Shown here: positions 19,061 to 30,215 of the stretch, one piece after another | Position numbering within the stretch: position 1 is the stretch's first letter | Layout: the number at the start of each line of letters is the position of its first letter | Assembly: GCA_963840455.1 (NCBI GenBank) | Contig: CAWIYV010000011.1 | Location: 448,001 to 512,000, forward strand | Direction of reading: 5' to 3' | Source: Nitrospirota bacterium | GTDB taxonomy: Bacteria; Nitrospirota; UBA9217 | DNA length: 64,000 nucleotides | Position numbers and translations under genes: made by a program | The notes under the pieces: generated by a model | Database searches by the model: none | What the model was told of the DNA's origin: nothing | What the model saw: the letters and a program-made list of their open reading frames with translations, nothing else

Positions 19061-19773
19061 AAAGTGTGCTGCATAAGTCCGCTGTCCCGAAAGCTGAAAT
19101 GGCCGCTGTCGCCGACAATGACATGGTCGAGGACCTTGATGCCGAGCACGTCGCCGGCCTGAACGAGCCGCCGGGTGAGCAGGATGTCCTCCTGGCTCGG
19201 TTTGATGTCTCCGCTGGGATGGTTGTGGACGAAGATGACCGCAGCGGCGGACTCACGCACGGCGGTCTTGAATGTTTCGCGGGGATGTACGAGGGAAGCG
19301 GTCAGGCTCCCGGTCGAGACCGTTTCCTCCCTGATAACACGATTCTTGGTGTCCAGAAGGACACAGCGAAACTCTTCCTTTTTACTGTCCCGGAGCCGGG
19401 GCTGGAAATACGCCGCCACGTCCTGGCTTGCGCACAGCGAAGCTCCGGCCAGAGTGGGCCTCTGGTGACGCCTGCCGAGCTCCATTGCCGCCTTGATCTC
19501 CGCTGCCTTGGCGGGACCGATCCCCTTGATCCCGCGGAGCTCATTGATCCCCGCGCCGGCAATGCCCGCGAGGCCGCGGAACCGTTCCAGGAGCTCGCGC
19601 CCAAGGTCAACAGCCGTGCGGCCGCCCTCGCCGGTCCGGAGGATGATACCAAGGAGCTGGGCGTCGGACAGTTTGTCCGCTCCCTGCTTCAGGAGCCGCT
19701 CCCGCGGCCGCTCGTCTTCAGGCCAGTTCTTGAGGTGTGTTCTTTTTTCGTCGGTCAATCGATGGTCCGCCAC
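19057..19773 (-). CDS. radC: RadC / JAB-domain protein
   Basis: ERPRERLL...LSDAQLL, GIGPAKA HhH, VHPRE, HNHPSGD, LDHVIVG. Confidence 0.95.
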   Translation of the reverse strand: MADHRLTDEKRTHLKNWPEDERPRERLLKQGADKLSDAQLLGIILRTGEGGRTAVDLGRELLERFRGLAGIAGAGINELRGIKGIGPAKAAEIKAAMELGRRHQRPTLAGASLCASQDVAAYFQPRLRDSKKEEFRCVLLDTKNRVIREETVSTGSLTASLVHPRETFKTAVRESAAAVIFVHNHPSGDIKPSQEDILLTRRLVQAGDVLGIKVLDHVIVGDSGHFSFRDSGLMQHTL

Positions 19774-19889
19774 GGAATCCAGGCGCGCGCGAGTTGATAA
19801 AGAATTATGAGATTATAGATGCTTACTGGTACCCTGTCAAACGGGAAAACCGGGGGCAGCCTGGCCGGGGAAATGATCCAGGAGCGGAT

Positions 19890-20005
19890 TGAAGCTCCCT
19901 GCAGCAAGCTGCAGGGAATCTTCGATCCTCAAGGTAGTACTATTTATTCTAATCGCTCGCTAACCCCGCAGCAAGCTGCGCGGAATGCGCTCGCTCCTGG
20001 ATTCA
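19890..20005 (+). mobile_element. Repeat element A, copy 3
   Basis: Full-length match; preceded by a short inverted piece of its own right end (ATCCAGGAGCG). Confidence 0.85.
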
Positions 20006-20066
20006 CAAAATAAATTAGGGGCCAGGATGGCTGCAGGATCAAAGAGTTGCAAATATTAAATACTCA

Positions 20067-20095
20067 TTGACTTCCTGGTAAAACGATGTTACCTT
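20067..20095 (+). promoter_or_regulatory. Sigma70-type promoter of the FadL-like gene
   Basis: TTGACT-17 bp-TACCTT. Confidence 0.55.
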
Positions 20096-20131
20096 TGCTA
20101 TACTGTTGCAAAAAAGAAAGGGGGATTCTCT

Positions 20132-21568
20132 ATGAAATTCGCACACAAGTCAGCAGTAAGCATTTTCTCGTTCCTTCTCCTCTGCTCGCTCACCCTCGTC
20201 CCTGCAGCACATGCCACGAACGGTATGAATATGGAAGGGTACGGCCCCATCGCCACCGGCATGGGCGGCGCATCCATGGCCTATGACAACGGCACCGCGG
20301 CAATGATGAACAACCCGGCAACACTATCCCTCATGGAGTCGAAGGCCCGCCTCGATCTGGCGATCGGCTTCCTCGGGCCCGACGTCACTTCCTCCATGAC
20401 TGGGATGCCCGATTCCAAGTCTTCGGGGGACCTCTACATGATGCCGGCCTTCGGGTATGCACGCAAGGGCGGCCAGTTCACCTATGGATTGGGCGTTTTT
20501 GCTCAGGGCGGCATGGGAACGGAATATGATGCCAACTCGTTCCTTGCCGCGGGCTCGGGCGAAAAGGTCCGGTCCGAGGTCAGCATGGGCCGGGTTATTA
20601 TCCCGGTCTCCTATGATTTGAACAGCCAGTGGAAAGTCGCCGGCAGCGTTGATTTCGTCTGGGCGGAAATGGACCTCAAGATGGCGCTCTCCGGCGCACA
20701 GTTCGGCGATATGGTGGCGTCCCTCGGCGGAACCCAGACCTACGGCACGGCAAGCGGCTCCATGGTGAACACGCTGGCCGGAGCTTTTGGCAGCGGCGGG
20801 CTCACATCCATGAGCTGGGCTCGTTTTGATTTTTCCGATGGCAGCGATTTCTCAGGCAAGGCCAAGGGAACTGGCTTCGCCGGCAAGCTTGGCGCCGTGT
20901 ACCAGATGAACAAAGAGCTCGCCTTCGGATTCGCGTACCACAGCAAGACCTCGATCGGAGATCTCGAAGCAAACGGGGCCACTCTCTCCATGAACGTTTC
21001 GGGTCCCGGAGTAGGCGGAGGACCGGCGACTATTCCGGTCACCGGCAACATCAAGGTCAAGAACTTTCAGTGGCCCCAGATGCTCGGTCTCGGGACAGCT
21101 TATCAGGCCTCTCCCAAACTGATGCTCGTTTTCGATTACAAGTGGATCAATTGGGCAGACACAATGAAAAATTTCAAGATGACCTTTACGGCCAGCGCCT
21201 CGCAGCCGGATCCCCTCGCCGCTGGTTTCGGGCTGGGCGGCCAGGTCGTCGATGCGACCATGTACCAGAACTGGAAGGACCAGAACGTGTTCATGCTCGG
21301 GGCTGGATATAAATTCACCGAAGAGTTCACCGGCCGCATCGGCTTCGACATCGCCAACAACCCTATCCCGGACAAGTATGAGAATCCGCTGTTCCCGGCG
21401 ATCGTGAAGAACCATTATATGATCGGCGGAGGCTATGCCTTCAGCAAGGCAAGCAGCATCGATTTCTCGTTCACCTACGCCCCGGAGGTGTCAGCGACGA
21501 ACGGCCAGGGCGTGAAGACCACGCACAGCCAGATGAATGAGCAGATCATGTACAGCTACCGGTTCTAA
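20132..21568 (+). CDS. Outer-membrane transport protein, FadL/TodX/OmpP1 family
   Basis: Signal peptide AHA-TNG, ATGMGGA...NNPATL signature, terminal YSYRF. Confidence 0.92.
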   Translation: MKFAHKSAVSIFSFLLLCSLTLVPAAHATNGMNMEGYGPIATGMGGASMAYDNGTAAMMNNPATLSLMESKARLDLAIGFLGPDVTSSMTGMPDSKSSGDLYMMPAFGYARKGGQFTYGLGVFAQGGMGTEYDANSFLAAGSGEKVRSEVSMGRVIIPVSYDLNSQWKVAGSVDFVWAEMDLKMALSGAQFGDMVASLGGTQTYGTASGSMVNTLAGAFGSGGLTSMSWARFDFSDGSDFSGKAKGTGFAGKLGAVYQMNKELAFGFAYHSKTSIGDLEANGATLSMNVSGPGVGGGPATIPVTGNIKVKNFQWPQMLGLGTAYQASPKLMLVFDYKWINWADTMKNFKMTFTASASQPDPLAAGFGLGGQVVDATMYQNWKDQNVFMLGAGYKFTEEFTGRIGFDIANNPIPDKYENPLFPAIVKNHYMIGGGYAFSKASSIDFSFTYAPEVSATNGQGVKTTHSQMNEQIMYSYRF

Positions 21569-21585
21569 GCAGCTCCTGGACCAAA

Positions 21586-21620
21586 CAAAAAGCCGGAGGA
21601 TCTTATCCTCCGGCTTTTTT
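21586..21620. terminator. Bidirectional intrinsic terminator
   Basis: AAAAAGCCGGAGGAT-CTT-ATCCTCCGGCTTTTTT between convergent genes. Confidence 0.85.
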
Positions 21621-21643
21621 CTTTCCCCTATTATCCGCTCCCC

Positions 21644-21772
21644 CTATATCCGCACAAAGGCGTCCTTCGGCGCGTTGCATACCGGGCACTTCCAGTCGTC
21701 AGGAAGCTCCTCGAACTTCTTCCCTTCCTTCGCTTCGTCATACACATACCCGCATACGGTACATCTCCACAT
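21644..21772 (-). CDS. Rubredoxin (42 aa, below the ORF-track cutoff)
   Basis: [42 protein letters not shown]; GGAGG RBS. Confidence 0.93.
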   Translation of the reverse strand: MWRCTVCGYVYDEAKEGKKFEELPDDWKCPVCNAPKDAFVRI

Positions 21773-21846
21773 GGTGGGCACCTCCTGATGAGAGTGGGAA
21801 CCGGGGCCGGCTGACCGGACCGGCAGTCATTTCTACCTGCAAATGG

Positions 21847-23091
21847 TCAAGGCTTGCACTGGGGCTGCTGCGCGCTGCCGAACTTCTTGTGGTACTCGAT
21901 GGTCTTCTCGGCGAACTGCTTCCCGAACTCGAAGCACTTCTTGTCATCGTCCAGGCTCGGCCGGTAGAGCACTTCAACGCCCGGTTCGACCACTTCAAGG
22001 CCCATCTTCTTGAAATGCTCATAGGCCTCACGCACCGCGCCGCCGCCCCAGCCGTAGCTGCCGAACGCGCCGGCCAGCCGGTTCTTCGGCCGCAGGCCGC
22101 GCAGATGGGTCAGGAACTCGGCGACCGCCGGGAACATGATGTTGTTCAGCGTCGGTGTGCCGACCAGCATGGCGCGCGACTCCCATACCCGCTTGATCGC
22201 CACGCTCATGGGCGTGGACCGGAGCTTGAGGATATCCACGTCCACGCCGGCCGCCTTGACGCCTTCCATGATGGGGATCGTCATGTGCTCGGTGCTGTGC
22301 CACATGGTGTCGTAGACGATCACGACCCGGAGGTCCGCCTTGTCGTTCGCCATGTCCAGGTACATCTGCAGGATCTTGCCGGGGTCGCGCCGCCATATGA
22401 TGCCGTGGTCCGGTGCGATCATGTCGACCTGCAGACCCAGCTTCTGGATGTCAGCGATCTTGGACTTCACGAGGTTGCCGAAAGGCATCAGAATATTGGC
22501 ATAGTAGTCACGCACCGCGTGCTCGAGCGCCGTCACCGAATACTGGTCGCAGAACTCGTCGTCGAACCGTGCCGACGACGCAAGATGCTGGCCGAAGGCG
22601 TCCTGGCTGATAAGGAGCTTGTCCTCCTTCACATAGCTCATCATCGAGTCCGGCCAGTGCAGCATGGGTGTCTCGATGAACAGGATCGTCTTCGTGCCCG
22701 TGGAAAGCGTGTCGCCGGTCTTGACGATCTTGAACGTCCACTTCGATGTGTCGAAGAACCGGTCGAGGGCCTTCTTGCCGCGCTCGGTGATATAGATCGT
22801 CGCTTTCGGCGTCAGTTCCATGATCTTATCGAGGCTTGAGACGTGGTCGTTCTCGATATGGTTGATCACGATGTTCTCGATCGACCCGGGGTCCACCAGG
22901 CCGAGGATGCTGTCGACGGTGTACTCGCTGAAGTCGTGCTTCACTGTATCCACCAGCGTCACATGCTTGTCAAGGATCAGATAGTTGTTGTAGGTGGTGC
23001 CGTTCGGCGTGATATAGCCGTGGAAATCACGAACGGCCCAGTCAATGGCACCGACCCAGTGGATGCCGGGTTTGATCTCTATTGAACCCAT
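21847..23091 (-). CDS. fprA: Flavodiiron protein (FprA / A-type flavoprotein)
   Basis: GTTYNNYLI, NHIENDH, HWPDSM, QDAFGQH, APDHG, flavodoxin domain (GSYGWGGGA). Confidence 0.93.
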   Translation of the reverse strand: MGSIEIKPGIHWVGAIDWAVRDFHGYITPNGTTYNNYLILDKHVTLVDTVKHDFSEYTVDSILGLVDPGSIENIVINHIENDHVSSLDKIMELTPKATIYITERGKKALDRFFDTSKWTFKIVKTGDTLSTGTKTILFIETPMLHWPDSMMSYVKEDKLLISQDAFGQHLASSARFDDEFCDQYSVTALEHAVRDYYANILMPFGNLVKSKIADIQKLGLQVDMIAPDHGIIWRRDPGKILQMYLDMANDKADLRVVIVYDTMWHSTEHMTIPIMEGVKAAGVDVDILKLRSTPMSVAIKRVWESRAMLVGTPTLNNIMFPAVAEFLTHLRGLRPKNRLAGAFGSYGWGGGAVREAYEHFKKMGLEVVEPGVEVLYRPSLDDDKKCFEFGKQFAEKTIEYHKKFGSAQQPQCKP

Positions 23092-23243
23092 AAGAACCTC
23101 CTCAGGAAATGCACGATCTATTTGCCGACAGCGATCCCCGCGAGAGGATCCATGGCTTGTTCATCATCGCGGGGAGGTAGTGGTTTCGGAACGGGAACAA
23201 CTGATCGGCAGGCTTTGCTTTCAACGCCGCGGGAACCGTTGCC

Positions 23244-23660
23244 TCACCTTTTCGACTTCCCGCAGGGTGAGCAGATCCCGTAGAACTCTATATGATTGCC
23301 CAGGATGGAAAATTCCTTTGCCATGCCCCGGGGGACATCAACCGGGATATCACCGGGGATATCCACAACCTTCCTGCAGCCGAGGCAGATAAGGTGGTGG
23401 TGGCCGCTGGTATCAGGATCATAGCGCTTCCGGTCCGGATCGATCGTGAGCTCCCGCACCGCCCCCGCCTGTACCAGCGTGTTCAGCGTGTTGTACACCG
23501 TGGCGAAGGACATGGAGGGGTTCTTCCTCACGACGACCCGGTAGATGTCCTCCGCTGAAGGATGGGACTTGTTCCCGTCGAGGTGATCCAGGATCGCGAG
23601 CCGCTGGGGAGTTCGCTTGAACCCTTTGATCGTGCCTTTTTGTTGGAGTTTCTTGAGCAT
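23244..23660 (-). CDS. Fur-family regulator (PerR-like)
   Basis: TPQRLAIL, HPSAEDIY, ATVYNTL, HHHLICLGC, CSPC; upstream of fprA and rubredoxin. Confidence 0.9.
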   Translation of the reverse strand: MLKKLQQKGTIKGFKRTPQRLAILDHLDGNKSHPSAEDIYRVVVRKNPSMSFATVYNTLNTLVQAGAVRELTIDPDRKRYDPDTSGHHHLICLGCRKVVDIPGDIPVDVPRGMAKEFSILGNHIEFYGICSPCGKSKR

Positions 23661-23673
23661 CGGACGGTACGAT

Positions 23674-23702
23674 ACTATAATTTAACGGCTGCTCCGTGTC
23701 AA
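23674..23702 (-). promoter_or_regulatory. Sigma70 promoter of the Fur/PerR gene
   Basis: TTGACA-17 bp-TATAGT on the minus strand. Confidence 0.65.
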
Positions 23703-23746
23703 GTATAAGCTGTAGCAGACTGCGTTTGCCGGAACATCCCGCAAAT

Positions 23747-23777
23747 GGAAAAGGCAGCCCGTGAGGACTGCCTTTCC
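23747..23777 (-). terminator. Intrinsic terminator of the atp operon
   Basis: GGAAAGGCAGTCC-TCAC-GGGCTGCCTTTTCC downstream of atpC. Confidence 0.6.
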
Positions 23778-23822
23778 TGAACGACGCCCGGGAAGAAAAT
23801 CCTCTCCGTGCATTTCGTCTGC

Positions 23823-24248
23823 TTATTTTTGCCCGTGCTTCTCGGCCACCTGAATGCGGATCATGGCACGCATGAGGTCGATGCGGGCCTTCTCGTAATC
23901 TTTTTCCGAAAGCTTCTCGGCAAGCAGCCTCTCCGCCCGATCCTTCTCGATGCGCGCCTCGGACAGGTCGATATCGGCTGCCCGGTCCGCCCCTTCGGCG
24001 AGGATGACGACACGGTCGGGGCCCACCTCGGCATATCCCCACTCGACGGCAAGGTGATGCCACTCCCCTGCCTCGAGATACGACAGCATACCCACCTTGA
24101 GCGTGGCCAGAAAGGGTGTGTGGCCCGGGAGCACGCCGAACTCGCCCTCACTGCCGGGGGCGATCACTTCATCCACGTGCTCCGAACGGACCACCTGCCG
24201 GCTCGGGGCGACGATCTCGAGGAGCATTTTTCCTTTTTCAGCGACCAT
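23823..24248 (-). CDS. atpC: ATP synthase F1 epsilon subunit
   Basis: LEIVAP...PGSEGEFGVLPGHTP...GYAEV...VVILAE. Confidence 0.93.
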   Translation of the reverse strand: MVAEKGKMLLEIVAPSRQVVRSEHVDEVIAPGSEGEFGVLPGHTPFLATLKVGMLSYLEAGEWHHLAVEWGYAEVGPDRVVILAEGADRAADIDLSEARIEKDRAERLLAEKLSEKDYEKARIDLMRAMIRIQVAEKHGQK

Positions 24249-24309
24249 CTTTTTTTTCCAATCCTCGGCGTTCAATTTGGATCAACCGGAAAGAGCGTAT
24301 CCTGTCAGA

Positions 24310-25740
<1,431 letters not shown>

Positions 25741-25765
25741 CTATGCGGCATGAAATTCATGCCGA

Positions 25766-25857
25766 TTGCAAATTTCAAATTGAAAAATGAAAATTGGAAA
25801 ATGAGGTGTTGGTTCTAAAATCTGATATTTTCAATTTCCAATCTTCAATTTTCAATA
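25766..25857. repeat. AT-rich heptamer-periodic hairpin (AAAATTG-like arm / CAATTTT-like arm) in the atpG-atpD spacer
   Basis: TGCAAATTTCAAATTGAAAAATGAAAATTGGAAAATGA...TTTTCAATTTCCAATCTTCAATTTTCAAT. Confidence 0.75.
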
Positions 25858-25858
25858 G

Positions 25859-26725
25859 TTATTTTAACGCTTCCGCACCGCCCACGATCTCCGAGATCTC
25901 CTTGGTGATCGCTGCCTGGCGCGTCTTGTTGAACTTCAGGGTCAGCCTGCCGATCAGGTCCTTGGCGTTCCGCGTGGCAGAATCCATGGCCGTCATGCGC
26001 GCGCCCATCTCGCTGGCCTGGCTTTCGAGGAGGGCCCGGTACACCTGCACCTCGATATGCTTCGGCAGGATGGAGGTCAGGATCGCCACAGCCGACGGTT
26101 CGTAGAGATAATCGACGGCCGCCGTGAACGGGTCCGCTTCCGCTGGCGGTTCCACCGGCAGGAGTTTCTCCAGCGTCACATTCTGCAGCATGACGCTCTT
26201 GAACTCGTTGTACAGAAGATAGACCTCATCGGTCTCTCCGGCCGCGAACCTCTCGACGATGTTCTTCCCCACATCCGCGGCCTTCTCATAATCGATCATG
26301 CCGAGGTCCGACCAGGCCTGTCCCACGGTATAGGACGACCGCTTCCGGAAGAAGTCGCGGCCCTTTCGCCCCACGATATTGACCCGGACTTCCTTGCCCT
26401 GGGCCTGGAACTCGCGCACCGCCTCAACGGCCTTGCGCAGGATATTGGTGTTGTACGCGCCGCAGAGGCCGCGGTCCGACGTGAGGACGAGGAGCTTCAC
26501 CTTCTTCGGCTCCCGCTTGGCGAGAAGCGGATGCTGGATCCGTTCCACGCGCGAGGCAAGACTCGCGATGACCGACAGCATCTTGCGGGAGTAAGGCCGC
26601 GCAGCGATGACCCGCTCCTGGGCGCGCCGCAGCTTCGCCGCCGCGACCATCTTCATGGCCTTGGTGATCTGCTGCGTCTTCTTGATGCTGACGATCTTTC
26701 TTCGTATGTCCCGTAAGCTGGCCAT
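25859..26725 (-). CDS. atpG: ATP synthase F1 gamma subunit
   Basis: KITKAMKMVAA-like N-terminus, SDRGLCG, RQAAITKEISEIVGGA. Confidence 0.98.
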   Translation of the reverse strand: MASLRDIRRKIVSIKKTQQITKAMKMVAAAKLRRAQERVIAARPYSRKMLSVIASLASRVERIQHPLLAKREPKKVKLLVLTSDRGLCGAYNTNILRKAVEAVREFQAQGKEVRVNIVGRKGRDFFRKRSSYTVGQAWSDLGMIDYEKAADVGKNIVERFAAGETDEVYLLYNEFKSVMLQNVTLEKLLPVEPPAEADPFTAAVDYLYEPSAVAILTSILPKHIEVQVYRALLESQASEMGARMTAMDSATRNAKDLIGRLTLKFNKTRQAAITKEISEIVGGAEALK

Positions 26726-26734
26726 TCGTGATCC

Positions 26735-28246
<1,512 letters not shown>

Positions 28247-28256
28247 TTACTCCTTT

Positions 28257-28345
28257 GGAGTCAGGAGCCAGAATCCAGAGGCCAGAAGAACGGCAGCACA
28301 GCCTGCGTTTTCTCCTGACTCCTGACCCCTGTCTCCTGTATTCTT
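28257..28345. repeat. Heptamer-periodic hairpin (CAGGAGT / ACTCCTG) in the atpH-atpA spacer
   Basis: GGAGTCAGGAGCCAGAATCCAGAGGCCAGAA...TTCTCCTGACTCCTGACCCCTGTCTCCTGTATTCT. Confidence 0.75.
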
Positions 28346-28350
28346 GGCCG

Positions 28351-28887
28351 TTATTTTGCCAGCTTCTCGCGGATCTTGCCGAGCTGGTTCTTGATGGTGC
28401 CGTCGTAGATAACGCTGCCGATCTGGGCGCGGGCGCCGCCGATGACCGCGGGGTCCACCATCGCGTCGATCTCCACCTGCTTGCCTGTCACGGTCTCGAG
28501 CTTCCTCTTGATGCCGGCGAGCTCTGCGGGAGCCAGGGCCGCCGCCGTCGTGACCTTCGCCCGGGCGCGGTTCTGGCGCTCTGCCAGCAGCTCCTCAAAG
28601 CCCTGCTGCACGTCGCGGAACTGCCGGATCCTGCCGGCCTCGGCCAGATGGGAGAGAAAGCGCGTAGTGGACTGCTGGAGGCCGAGCTTTGCCGCCAGTT
28701 CGCCGATCACGACCTTCTTGGCATCGGGCGTGAACGCGGGACTCGCGAAAAGCTTCTGGACTGCCGCCTGGCCGTCCACGGCCGCCGCGAATTCCGCGAG
28801 GTCGGCACGGGTCTTGTCAACGATGTTCTTCTCGTGGGCGAGTTCCACGAGGGCCTTGGCGTATCTCTTGGCGACGATGGTGATCAA
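28351..28887 (-). CDS. atpH: ATP synthase F1 delta subunit
   Basis: VAKRYAKAL...DPAVIGG...IYDGTIK. Confidence 0.95.
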   Translation of the reverse strand: MITIVAKRYAKALVELAHEKNIVDKTRADLAEFAAAVDGQAAVQKLFASPAFTPDAKKVVIGELAAKLGLQQSTTRFLSHLAEAGRIRQFRDVQQGFEELLAERQNRARAKVTTAAALAPAELAGIKRKLETVTGKQVEIDAMVDPAVIGGARAQIGSVIYDGTIKNQLGKIREKLAK

Positions 28888-29459
28888 CCGCGGCCTCCCA
28901 CGTTGGCGATGTAATCATTCACGATCCGCTCATGGTCCTGTTTCGTGATCGAACCCTTGATCTTGCCCTCGGCCAGGTCAACGGCAAGGACGGCCGCCTC
29001 TGCGGCCAGTTCGGCCTTGGCCTTCTGGACTTCGATATCGGCGCCGGTCTTGATCTGCTCCTGGATGTCCTTGACGATCTTCTTGCCCTCTTCAATGAGC
29101 GCCTGCTTGTCCTTCTCGCCGCGGGCCTGCGCTTCGGCGATCAGGGTGCGCGTTTCTGCCTCCATCTCCCGGGCCTTCCGCTCCATGTCGGTGAGCGCCG
29201 CGACGGCGCGTTCGCGGGCCTCCCGGGACTCCTGCATGGCCTTCGCGATCTCCGCGGAGCGGTTCCGGAACATGTCGCGGACGGGCTTCCGCAGGAAGTA
29301 CACAAGCAGCCCCACGATGATGGCAAAATTCGCCAGGCGAGGCAGCCAGTCGGCCATGAAGGTGTATTCCTCGGCGCCGTGCGCTGCTTCCGAAGCAAGG
29401 GCCGTTGCGGCGATCACAACGCCCATGATGCTGGTCAGTATGGATAAGGACTTTTTCAT
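28884..29459 (-). CDS. atpF: ATP synthase F0 subunit b
   Basis: Extended N-terminus, NFAIIVGLLVYF..KP, coiled coil; position in operon. Confidence 0.9.
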   Translation of the reverse strand: MKKSLSILTSIMGVVIAATALASEAAHGAEEYTFMADWLPRLANFAIIVGLLVYFLRKPVRDMFRNRSAEIAKAMQESREARERAVAALTDMERKAREMEAETRTLIAEAQARGEKDKQALIEEGKKIVKDIQEQIKTGADIEVQKAKAELAAEAAVLAVDLAEGKIKGSITKQDHERIVNDYIANVGGRG

Positions 29460-29474
29460 GATCTTCCTTAAGAC

Positions 29475-29900
29475 TTAGACTGCCCTGCCGAGCAGCTTCG
29501 CGGAGATATCCTGCGAAAGCTTCTCCGCTTCCTTCCTGAGGTCGCCGCGCGCTGTTGCGGCGGCGGCGGCGATCTCTTTCCTTGCCTTGTCCAGCAGCTC
29601 GCTTGCCTTGGTGCGTTCGGCCGAGATCATGTCGCGCTGTACGTCAAGCCCCTGCTGGTACAGGGTGTTGTAGGCGGCGGCCGCCTTCTGCTTGGCATCG
29701 GCCAGCGAGATATTGTACTGTTCGAGAAGGCCCTGCATCCGTTCCTGCGCGGTCTTGGCGTCGGAAAGCGCGCCGCCGATCCCCTCCTCGCGTTCCCGCA
29801 TGATAGCGCGCATGGGCTTGAACAGGATGAAGTTCAGCGCGATGAGAAGAACGATGAAGTTGGCGAGCTGGATAAAAAAGGCGAAGTTGATGTCGATCAT
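29475..29900 (-). CDS. ATP synthase F0 subunit b'
   Basis: MIDINFAFFIQLANFIVLLIALNFILFKP...KLLGRAV. Confidence 0.9.
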   Translation of the reverse strand: MIDINFAFFIQLANFIVLLIALNFILFKPMRAIMREREEGIGGALSDAKTAQERMQGLLEQYNISLADAKQKAAAAYNTLYQQGLDVQRDMISAERTKASELLDKARKEIAAAAATARGDLRKEAEKLSQDISAKLLGRAV

Positions 29901-29952
29901 GCGTGCGCCCCGCGAGAACGAGAACAGATGATTTCCCTGCTTAAGTTCGAAA

Positions 29953-29981
29953 AAATTAACATACCCCCCTGGCAATGTCAA
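29953..29981 (-). promoter_or_regulatory. Sigma70 promoter of the atp operon
   Basis: TTGACA-17 bp-TAATTT with extended TG. Confidence 0.55.
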
Positions 29982-30093
29982 GAATTTTGCCTATAAATAA
30001 TATAAATGGCCACACGGATTCCGATTATAGAAACCGCTGGAAAAATAGTTACACCCGAGCCGGCCTGCGACGCTTTCGCAGGCAACTCTCTCC

Positions 30094-30122
30094 TTGACAT
30101 GCCCGGTGCAAGTTGTTATGTT
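30094..30122 (+). promoter_or_regulatory. Sigma70 promoter of prfC
   Basis: TTGACA-17 bp-TATGTT with extended TG. Confidence 0.6.
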
Positions 30123-30215
30123 ACGGGGCCTTTGAGGAACAGGGGCAAGGGTTCAGGGGCCAGGGTCAAGGGTAAATCGAGACAGAAAGAGGAAGATCGG
30201 CAAACAGAACAAGCG

